Positions 56,556 to 64,000 of a stretch of DNA of 64,000 bases are shown in pieces. Under the pieces are notes generated by a model. That model searched no databases. It was not told the DNA's origin and saw nothing but the letters and a program-made list of their open reading frames with translations. The position numbers and the translations under genes are program-made. Positions within the stretch are counted from its first letter, which is position 1. Each line of letters starts with the position of its first letter. Where the stretch lies: assembly GCA_045863235.1 (NCBI GenBank), contig BTUM01000004.1, positions 128,001 to 192,000 of the forward strand, written 5' to 3'. This DNA comes from Candidatus Xenobia bacterium. Lineage in GTDB: Bacteria > Vulcanimicrobiota > Xenobia > Xenobiales > QWHO01.

Positions 56556-57389
56556 CTAGCCTCTCTCTCTTTTCCGAAAGGCCTCCTTGCGCAACTCCAT
56601 GACCTTCTCGGGGATCCCCTCCTCGTTGGCATACCTCTGCAGGAACTCGGCCGCCGGTCCCGGTCCCATCAGCCGGGCCACGAAGGGCACCGCTGCCATT
56701 CGAGCCGGCCTGGAGAGATAACCCAGCCGCCGGGAGACCAGTTGCTGGAACCCCGGCCCCAGACGCTCGAGCCAGGAGTAGGCCTCCCACGAGACGTCAC
56801 CGGGACCCTGCCCGAGCAGTTCGAAGAGATCGTCCTCCCAGGCCAGTGGGGAGAGGTCGAGCTTGCGCAGGTGGCGCAGGAACGGCATGGTCGCGGCAGG
56901 GATGAACTCGCGCACGACCTGGGGATGCTCGCTGAAAAGCTCCATGAAGCTGACCACCTTCTCGAGCTGATCGCCGGCCGGTGTGCCCAGGAGCCGTAAG
57001 TAAGAGCGCAGCAGGGCCTGGGAGGTCAGCTGCTGGCTCTCGAGCATCCAGACGACCAGCCGCAGCCGCACCTTTCCCAGCCCATCGATCTGGTGCAGGT
57101 AAGGCTCGAGGGGCTCGAGGCCGGGCTCCCAGCCAGCCTGACAGCCTCCCCCGCAGGCGTGATAGAGTCGGGCCAGGCGCCACAGACGGGCCGGGTTGGT
57201 CTCATCGAGCAGGTATTCCGAGCGATGGGCCGCCCCGGAAAGTGCCTCCACCTGCCCCAGTCGGTCCAGGACCGACTCGTCCTTGCCGCTGGTCACGTAG
57301 CGCAGGGCCGCAGCCGAGTGCTTGCCCAGACAGGCAAGATCGGCGCTCAACCCGGGGTGGGCGGTCTCCTTCTTGCCGAATGGCCACAT
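56556..57389 (-). CDS. Hypothetical protein
   Basis: 277-aa ORF with natural composition, colinear with neighbours. Confidence 0.6.
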   Translation of the reverse strand: MWPFGKKETAHPGLSADLACLGKHSAAALRYVTSGKDESVLDRLGQVEALSGAAHRSEYLLDETNPARLWRLARLYHACGGGCQAGWEPGLEPLEPYLHQIDGLGKVRLRLVVWMLESQQLTSQALLRSYLRLLGTPAGDQLEKVVSFMELFSEHPQVVREFIPAATMPFLRHLRKLDLSPLAWEDDLFELLGQGPGDVSWEAYSWLERLGPGFQQLVSRRLGYLSRPARMAAVPFVARLMGPGPAAEFLQRYANEEGIPEKVMELRKEAFRKRERG

Positions 57390-57424
57390 CCGTGCATTTT
57401 CGCTCCCACCGAGCGCTCAGCCTC

Positions 57425-58030
57425 TCAAGGGTTCAGCAGCCTCCCCAGGAGCAGGGAGGCGAGCAGCAGCAGGGTGATAACCAGCGGAGCCAGCACCCGA
57501 GCGCGGGCCGAAACCGGAGCCCGCAGCCAGGGGCTGAACCAGCGGTTGGCCAGCGGGATGAGCAGGAATCCGGTGATGGAAACGGTGACGATGTTGCCGA
57601 TCAGCATGCTGGTGGCTGGATCGAGCCCCCTGGTCAGAGGGTGCAGCGGGACATTGGTGATCATGACGGTGGGATACAAGGTCAGCAGCACCAGCAGAGA
57701 CTGTTTCCAGGCCGCCGGTGGCTTGCGACCCTCGACCGGGAACCAGCCTTCGAAGGCGTGCAACGAGGTCTTGAGGGCATAGCCATACTCGAACTGCTGG
57801 CGAGCTTTCTGCACCAGGTCGAGGCGGACTTTCGAGTCCACCCAGTCCACCACCTGATCGGTGCTCCCGAACTCCATGATGGTCCGGTACTGGAGCACGC
57901 CGGCGCTCTGGGCGGGCAACTCCTCGAGGCGGCACTCCTGGCAGCCGGCTTTGAGAGCCTCCGCTTCCAGCGCCTTCTCCAACTCCAGAAAGAGGGCCTT
58001 GCTGGCTGCCGGCACCCGGTGCTCCACCAC
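57425..58030 (-). CDS. ABM-like domain plus two-TM membrane protein
   Basis: F..WF....PPAAWKQSLLVLLTLYP...W motif typical of antibiotic-biosynthesis-monooxygenase-like membrane proteins; start may be further upstream. Confidence 0.7.
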   Translation of the reverse strand: MVEHRVPAASKALFLELEKALEAEALKAGCQECRLEELPAQSAGVLQYRTIMEFGSTDQVVDWVDSKVRLDLVQKARQQFEYGYALKTSLHAFEGWFPVEGRKPPAAWKQSLLVLLTLYPTVMITNVPLHPLTRGLDPATSMLIGNIVTVSITGFLLIPLANRWFSPWLRAPVSARARVLAPLVITLLLLASLLLGRLLNP

Positions 58031-58375
58031 GAAGCTGGCGCCGGGGTCGTGTCTGGCCTCAGTCTCGGACGGACTCAGGGGCGCGCACCATCAGCCAGGG
58101 TGGCAAGTCTCACCTGCGCGCGCCTCGGGGTTGCAGCCAACTTCATCGTCTCTCCCGAAATTGAAGTGGAGAGGCGGGTTCGCTGAGGCGACTGTCGCTC
58201 CTGCGGGACGGGACCGTCAGGGATCCGGGATGCCCAGCTTGTCCTGCGGGTCGAAGCCTCGGTTGAGTCCGCGCTGGCTGTGCAGATCGGGAAAGTTCTC
58301 GGGGGCGCCTAGCCGCATGATCGTTGCCGCGGCAGAACAGGGTCAGATCTCCCATGGACGCTCTCCCAGGAAGGC

Positions 58376-58870
58376 ATGATCCGAAGGGGGAATCCAGCTC
58401 CCGTGAGGATCTTCCTGCGGCTGGCCTTCTTCTTGATCTTGCTCGGGGCCACGGTGGCCGGGGTGTACCTCCTGCCTCGCTGGAGCGAAGATCGCGATCT
58501 ACGCTTCCATAACCTGGCCGTGGGCAGCCCCATGGCCCAGCACAAGTTTCACGCTGGCCAGCGCCTGTTCGTGGCCTTCCAACTGCGCGGCTGCAGCCGG
58601 GGCCGCGACGGCCAGTGTCGCGGGCGCCTGACGGTGAGCAGCAAACCGGAGGGGGTCTTTCAGGACCTGTCCACCCTCAACCACCCCTTCACCTTCGAAA
58701 AGCGCAGCGCCTACACGTTTCTCGACTACAAGGAGTACCTGGTCATCCGACGCGATTTCGTCGGCCGAGCCGAGCTCGAGTTCAAGGTCGAAGACGAGGC
58801 CGCCCACCGCACGGTGATCGACCGGGTGGTCTTCCAGGTGCTGCCCCCACTGCCGTCCGAAGCCCCTTGA
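58376..58870 (+). CDS. Hypothetical membrane-anchored protein
   Basis: N-terminal TM followed by a beta-rich domain; start 58376 or 58403. Confidence 0.6.
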   Translation: MIRRGNPAPVRIFLRLAFFLILLGATVAGVYLLPRWSEDRDLRFHNLAVGSPMAQHKFHAGQRLFVAFQLRGCSRGRDGQCRGRLTVSSKPEGVFQDLSTLNHPFTFEKRSAYTFLDYKEYLVIRRDFVGRAELEFKVEDEAAHRTVIDRVVFQVLPPLPSEAP

Positions 58871-58898
58871 GGTCGGGTCGCTGCACAACAATTGGCCC

Positions 58899-60665
58899 CT
58901 AGATCACCACGGGGGGCGGCTCCGGATCGTCCTCCAGCAGGTCCCTCAAAATGGTGTACCCCATCGCAGCGCCCACGATCGCAGCTCCCGCCAGCGGGTT
59001 GAACACGCCCACGGTCATGCCTACCGCCACCGCTCCGTTCACAGCGGCCGACTCGTAGTCGCCCTGGGACAGCTCGTAGCCAGCGGCTCCCGCGAAGAAG
59101 ACGGCTCCCAGCACGCCCAGCACCTTCCCGACGGCGGCCACGCGCCCTGTCCCCAGCGTCTCGGCCAGGGCTCCGGACTCGCCCAGCATGCTGCCCAGGG
59201 CCGTCACGGTTGAATCCAGGGAGTGCCAGGTGGAGCTCTGCAACAGCGAATGCAGCGCGACGCCCGCACCCAGGCCAAACAGCCGCGCCCGCCAGGCAGG
59301 CGGCAGGAAGTGCGCCAGGGCGGCTGCATCGCCCATCGTGCGCAGGTTCTGCATCTCGCGGAAGAGCGCGTCCGCGGCCGTCTCGCCCGGCAGCAGCTTG
59401 ACAGCCTCGTAGGGCTTGCCGTCGATCCAGACCATCCCCTGGGCGTCCACCTCCAGGGTCTCCTCCCCCACCATGAGCGTGGCCGTGCCGTCCGGCCGTT
59501 CGACGATGCTGACATCCGAGCCCGGGAACCAGCTCTGCGTGGTGACCTCGCCGTTCCGGGTCCGGTTCAGGCTGGTGGCGGCGAGATGGCCGTTCAGGCT
59601 CAGCGCACGCACCGCGGTACCGTCCCCCTCGAGGTCGCCATACTCCTCGACCTTGACCTCGCCGCCGTCCCGAGTGGTCGTGGTGGTGCTGCGGTAGCCC
59701 CGGTCAGTTCCCTCGAGCTCGCCCTCCAACTCCGGCACGGTGTTCCAGCGGAGGAGGACCTGAAGGTCAAGGAAGGTCTCTTCTTCCAATCCGACAGCTT
59801 CCACGGTGTGCGTCGCCACCAGGACCTGATCCCCGTCCATCGTGTAGAAGTGTCCGGTGCGCAGGGTGCCGCCGTCGTTCCATACGGCGCGATCCTCGGT
59901 CCCCACGGTGGTCACGGTCTGGTCGCCCGAAGTGGCAACCGTCACGCTCAGGAACTGGCCCGATTCCTCTTCGCTCAGATCTCCCTCGACGTCCAAATCC
60001 AGCGGATACTCGGGCGGGCTGACCGGGACGGTGTCGCCCGTTGCCGTGAAGACCTGTTGCTCGTAGGTCGTCGCGGTCCCCACCAGAGTTGTCCCCTCAG
60101 GGCTGGTGACGGTCATGGTCGTGGTCAGCTCGCGCGTTTCCCCGCGCTCTCCCTCGCGCACCTGGTCGGGGGGCATGCTGGTGCCCTCCGGAAGGTACTG
60201 CTCGACGTCGCCCTCGACGCCTTGTGAGGTTGTCGTTGTGGTCGTCACGACATCGCCGCTCTGAACGACCTGCTCTTCCGTCCAGCCACCATCGGGGGTA
60301 CGGGTCAGAGTCTCGGTGTAGAGCACGCCGTCCCGCTCGTAGGTGGTGACCCAGGTGCCGTCGAGCTGGTGCTCCATCGTGTAAGCGACGCCCTCGTCCT
60401 CAAAGGCGTAGACCGTGGCTCCCGTGTTGGGGTCGACCGTGCTGGAGGCGTCGGGGGGAACACCGCGGTGCTCCCCGTCGAGGTGGATTCCCTGCGCGCC
60501 GGCGCTTACGTCGCCGGACTCGTCAGGCGGAGGAGGCGGTGTCGAGAGCTGCACCGTGTCCACCGGGTCGGCGCTTTGCGTGGAGGCGGTCCGGCTGACG
60601 GACTTCGCCGGGAGGGCCATCGAGACGAGCGAGCGAGTTGCGACCGGAGCGATGGTGGAACCCAT
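58899..60665 (-). CDS. Hypothetical acidic Thr-rich protein with C-terminal hydrophobic helices
   Basis: 588 aa; T/E/D-rich beta region; Gly/Ala hydrophobic C-terminus; no Sec signal. Confidence 0.7.
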   Translation of the reverse strand: MGSTIAPVATRSLVSMALPAKSVSRTASTQSADPVDTVQLSTPPPPPDESGDVSAGAQGIHLDGEHRGVPPDASSTVDPNTGATVYAFEDEGVAYTMEHQLDGTWVTTYERDGVLYTETLTRTPDGGWTEEQVVQSGDVVTTTTTTSQGVEGDVEQYLPEGTSMPPDQVREGERGETRELTTTMTVTSPEGTTLVGTATTYEQQVFTATGDTVPVSPPEYPLDLDVEGDLSEEESGQFLSVTVATSGDQTVTTVGTEDRAVWNDGGTLRTGHFYTMDGDQVLVATHTVEAVGLEEETFLDLQVLLRWNTVPELEGELEGTDRGYRSTTTTTRDGGEVKVEEYGDLEGDGTAVRALSLNGHLAATSLNRTRNGEVTTQSWFPGSDVSIVERPDGTATLMVGEETLEVDAQGMVWIDGKPYEAVKLLPGETAADALFREMQNLRTMGDAAALAHFLPPAWRARLFGLGAGVALHSLLQSSTWHSLDSTVTALGSMLGESGALAETLGTGRVAAVGKVLGVLGAVFFAGAAGYELSQGDYESAAVNGAVAVGMTVGVFNPLAGAAIVGAAMGYTILRDLLEDDPEPPPVVI

Positions 60666-60743
60666 GCCCCAAGACTAGTTCGGTAACCTTTGAAGAACTT
60701 TTGCAACACCCGTTCGAGGAGCACGGCACCATTCAGTCGGCGC

Positions 60744-62120
60744 TTAAACCCAGCCGGTCAGGCAGTAGACCGCGATGACGAAGAACACCGACAGCGTCTT
60801 GATCAGGGTCAGGGCGAAGATGTCCTTGTAGCTCTCGCGATGGGTCAGCCCGGTGATGACCAGCAAGGTGATCACCGCCCCGTTGTGCGGCAGCGTGTCC
60901 ATGCCGCCGGAGGCCATCGAGGCCACGCGGTGGAGCACTTCAGGCGATATGCCGAAATGGCGAGCCGCCTCGAGATATTGTTGACCCATGGCCGCCAGGG
61001 CGATGGACATGCCCCCCGAGGCCGAGCCGGTAATGCCGGCCAGCACGTTGACCGAGACCGCCTCGTTGACCAGCGGATGGCTGAAGGCCGAGCCGATGAC
61101 AGCCTTAACGGTGGCAAACCCGGGCAGGGCCGCGATCACGCCCCCGAAGCCATACTCTGAAGCAGTATTCAAGCTGGCCAGCAACGATCCGCTGACGGCC
61201 AACTCGAGGCCCTTGCGCAAGCGCTCGCCGATGCGCCGATAGCCCAGCGCCAGGGTGACCAGGATGCCGGCACCGAGGGCCAGCTCGATGGACCAGATTC
61301 CGGCTACTTTAGCCACCTCGACCTCGTGGCCGGCCACGTCCAGGGTGCCCGGATAGGCGGCCTTGAGGTTGAGTAAGCGGTTCACCGCCGCCACCGTGAC
61401 CAGGGGCAGCAAGGCCTGAAGCGGGTGGGGCAGGTTCAGGTCGCTGTCGAGCTCGGGCTCGTTCCGGTGCCCTTCGCCGTAGTCTTCTCCGCGGGCGATG
61501 GCCCGGCGCCGCTGCCATTCGAGGTAAGCCATGCCCAGCAGGCCTACGAACAGGGCTCCCAACACCCCCAGTGTGGGCGCGGCGAAGAGCGTGGTGCCGA
61601 AGAAGGTCGTGGGGATGACGTTCTGGATCTGGGGGCTGCCAGGCAGGGCGTCCATCGTGAAGGTGAACGCGCCCAGCGCGATGGTGCCGGGGATCAGCCG
61701 CTTGGGGATGCGGGCTTGCTTGAAGAGGGTGGCCGCGAAGGGATAGACCGCGAAGGCGACCACGAACAGGCTCACTCCGCCGTAGGTGAGCAGGGCGCAG
61801 GCGGTCACGATGGCCAACATGGCCCGACGGGCCCCCACCAGGCGCACCATGGCCTGGGAAATCGCGCTGGCCGAGCCCGATAGCTCGATCAGCTTGCCGA
61901 AGACCGCGCCCATCAGGAAGACCGGGAAGTAGAGCTGCAAAAAGCCCACCAGCTTCTCCATGAAAACGTGCGAGTAGAAGGGGAGAACCTGCTCCGGGCC
62001 GAGCGAGAGGGCCACCGCCAGCAGGGCGCACAGAGGAGCGAAGAGGATCACCGACCAGCCCCGGTAGGCCACCAGCATCAACAGGGCGAGGGCGAGAAGG
62101 ACGTAGGCGATATCCAGCAT
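60744..62120 (-). CDS. GntP-family permease
   Basis: LLTYGGVSLFVV.F, FTMDALPGSPQIQN.IP, GITGSASGG, DTLPHNGAV. Confidence 0.9.
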   Translation of the reverse strand: MLDIAYVLLALALLMLVAYRGWSVILFAPLCALLAVALSLGPEQVLPFYSHVFMEKLVGFLQLYFPVFLMGAVFGKLIELSGSASAISQAMVRLVGARRAMLAIVTACALLTYGGVSLFVVAFAVYPFAATLFKQARIPKRLIPGTIALGAFTFTMDALPGSPQIQNVIPTTFFGTTLFAAPTLGVLGALFVGLLGMAYLEWQRRRAIARGEDYGEGHRNEPELDSDLNLPHPLQALLPLVTVAAVNRLLNLKAAYPGTLDVAGHEVEVAKVAGIWSIELALGAGILVTLALGYRRIGERLRKGLELAVSGSLLASLNTASEYGFGGVIAALPGFATVKAVIGSAFSHPLVNEAVSVNVLAGITGSASGGMSIALAAMGQQYLEAARHFGISPEVLHRVASMASGGMDTLPHNGAVITLLVITGLTHRESYKDIFALTLIKTLSVFFVIAVYCLTGWV

Positions 62121-62231
62121 TCCCAGAGGTTACCCGGGGGCGTTGCAAACCTGTTGCAACTCAGCTCGGGCGACGCTCTCAGGCCCTGCTCGTAGCCTGT
62201 GGTGAGAGTCGTTCAAGGTACGCCTCCTGGC

Positions 62232-62260
62232 TTGACTGAGTGTGCGCGGGACTGTAAAAT
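62232..62260 (+). promoter_or_regulatory. Near-consensus sigma70 promoter
   Basis: TTGACT-N17-TAAAAT. Confidence 0.65.
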
Positions 62261-62308
62261 TGGGTGATTCTATGGCCGCGCTTCCGGCCTCCAACGAAGC
62301 GACCGTCC

Positions 62309-62707
62309 ATGACCGCAACCTTTGGGCTGCGCCTCTCACCGGACCCCTCCCCCTGGTCGAACCCTCGCCTCCGCAGGCTTATCCGCAGGCAAAAGTACCA
62401 GCAAAGACGACGACTTCGATCTCATCGCCAGACCCTCGCCATTTATGGTATGCGGGCACTGCGCGGGGTGGATAGCTGCGAACCAGAGTATCTGCTCCTT
62501 GCCAAAGCCCTCGTGGAGGAGATGGGACCCTCCAGGACTTACCAGGAGAGGGCCTGGCGCCTGCACGAGGTGCTCGAGCGCTGGTTTCGGCACCGGCATC
62601 CGAAACGCCGACACGCAGTCTGCGACTGCGAGTTCTACACGGACGAGCCCTGGTGGAACATGGACCCGGTCGCGCCCGACAAAGTCATTGAATTCAGCCC
62701 GCAGTGA
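62309..62707 (+). CDS. Hypothetical Arg-rich protein
   Basis: ORF downstream of the strong promoter; start and frame uncertain. Confidence 0.4.
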   Translation: MTATFGLRLSPDPSPWSNPRLRRLIRRQKYQQRRRLRSHRQTLAIYGMRALRGVDSCEPEYLLLAKALVEEMGPSRTYQERAWRLHEVLERWFRHRHPKRRHAVCDCEFYTDEPWWNMDPVAPDKVIEFSPQ

Positions 62708-62736
62708 CGTGAGAGCCTATGCGACTCTGATCGGGC

Positions 62737-63387
62737 TTAAGGCAGAGCCTCCCAGAAGCAACGTCGAATGGCCGAAGCCCCAAGAACGCTCGGCTCGATA
62801 TCAAATGAGTAGAACCTGTCCTTCTGGCCTGCGAAGGCCGCGTTGATGTCAGCCAGGTAAGCACCGCAACCTACCGCAATTTCTCGCAGCGCGACGTTAT
62901 ACTCTGGAAGCAGGTGGGTCGCTGGCTCGAACCAGCGAGCGCCGCTAGGCAACTGGCCCGTTCCATCAGTCGGGTCGTAGATGTTACCCATCACCAGAGT
63001 AAGGTCGTGATATGCCGCAGCCAGCTGGCTGATAGCCAGCTCGATTCGTTGTCGGAGAGTGTTGATATTTTCCCCGCCGGTCGGCCGAAGTCGACCGATA
63101 AGGTCATTACCGCCGATCGTCAAAGTGACAAGAACCGGTCCTGATGCCTCCGGGAGATCCTGTAGTGTGCTCAGCAGGCCGCGACTGTCCAACCCGTTTC
63201 TGGCCCGCGGAACCATCCTACAGGCCGGGCTCAGGTGCAGCAGATCCCGGCCCCGGAACTCGGGGTGCCGCTCGTCATGATTGGAATACAGCAAGGACGC
63301 GGCCCCCAGGCCCGGACCAGCGTAATCATCGATGCTCATGCTGTCGCCTAGAGAAAGGTACAGCTCAAAGCTGTGAGAAGGCATCAC
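62737..63387 (-). CDS. SGNH/GDSL hydrolase
   Basis: LGDSMS, TIGGND, NIYDP; block V reads DIEP (His replaced). Confidence 0.8.
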   Translation of the reverse strand: MMPSHSFELYLSLGDSMSIDDYAGPGLGAASLLYSNHDERHPEFRGRDLLHLSPACRMVPRARNGLDSRGLLSTLQDLPEASGPVLVTLTIGGNDLIGRLRPTGGENINTLRQRIELAISQLAAAYHDLTLVMGNIYDPTDGTGQLPSGARWFEPATHLLPEYNVALREIAVGCGAYLADINAAFAGQKDRFYSFDIEPSVLGASAIRRCFWEALP

Positions 63388-63998
63388 TCAACAAACGACT
63401 TGAAACGCTGGCCGAACTCGGGGTGGTCTACCAGATCATTGTGACCGGCTCCCTCAACTCGCCATAAAGTGGAGCCGGGACAAGCTTCGTGAAGCTTCTG
63501 GCCCATCTCGAACGGGATCGTCTGGTCCTTGTCGCCGTGCATGATGAAGACCGGGATTTTCAGGTGCTTGATGCGAGCGAGGTTGTCGTAGCCGTCGATC
63601 TGGCGGGCAGCCACCTCGCCCTTGCGGTGGCGGGCAACGTCGGTGGTGCTGGTGAACGTGGCTGTGAGCACCAACCCGGCACAGGGGCGCTCCTCGGCGA
63701 GATAGGTCGCCACGCCGCCTCCCAGGGAATGGCCGTAGAAGATGAGCTGCTCTGGCTTGAAGCCTCTGCGGAGGGCCTCGTCGTAGGCCGTCAGGGCGTC
63801 GAGGTAGAGCCCTTGCTCGCTCGGTTCGCCCTGGCTCTCGCCATATCCCCGGTAATCCACCGCCAGGACGCCCAGGTCAAGCTGGCGCAGGCATTGGAAC
63901 ACCCCGCCGGAGCCGGTCAGGTTGCCGCCGTTGCCGTGGAAGTAAAGGACCAGCGGTCTACCCTCGGGCGGGGCGAGATACCAGGCTTGCAGCTTCAA
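63384..63998 (-). CDS. Alpha/beta hydrolase (5' end outside the window)
   Basis: YFHGNGG, DYRGYGES, GHSLGG, HGDKD, AGHND. Confidence 0.88.
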   Translation of the reverse strand: MKLQAWYLAPPEGRPLVLYFHGNGGNLTGSGGVFQCLRQLDLGVLAVDYRGYGESQGEPSEQGLYLDALTAYDEALRRGFKPEQLIFYGHSLGGGVATYLAEERPCAGLVLTATFTSTTDVARHRKGEVAARQIDGYDNLARIKHLKIPVFIMHGDKDQTIPFEMGQKLHEACPGSTLWRVEGAGHNDLVDHPEFGQRFKSFVE

Positions 63999-64000
63999 CG

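Noticed and set aside
58090..58375. Small ORFs or a frameshifted gene in this ~300-nt gap (e.g. MRLGAPENFPDLH...)
   Set aside because: Short, no recognisable family, and frame ambiguous; cannot be supported.

Overview
High-GC bacterial chromosomal window (roughly two-thirds GC by eye), densely coding, with about 60 supportable genes. I found no rRNA, tRNA, CRISPR array, transposase or integrase. Housekeeping and metabolic genes: dihydropyrimidinase, mutS2, ygfZ-like/thyA/folA, lepB-rplS-lepB-ylqF-rnhB (a Firmicutes-like order in a GC-rich genome, so possibly a Terrabacteria lineage such as Eremiobacterota or Armatimonadota; weak inference), glgP/neopullulanase, capD-like, manC/manB, NrtR/NAD kinase, MscS, CobW and GntP. 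Many lineage-specific secreted or membrane proteins sit between them. Highlights: (1) a gene the ORF track splits, encoding a signal-peptide-bearing thioredoxin with active site W-U-G-P-C (in-frame TGA at 4746-4748 plus a SECIS-like hairpin), i.e. a probable exported selenoprotein; (2) a ~10 kb luciferase-less lux-like biosynthetic cluster (PaaK-like ligase, degenerate kinase-GNAT fusion, DUF6271-like protein, MFS exporter, LuxE, LuxC-PaaK fusion); (3) a dispersed 43-44 nt hairpin repeat; (4) a recurrent RGGR-N17-GAA alternative-sigma promoter motif and a TTRCAA-N5-TTRCAA box; (5) an orphan terminator suggesting an sRNA or attenuator. All product calls come from motif recognition by eye, not database searches.
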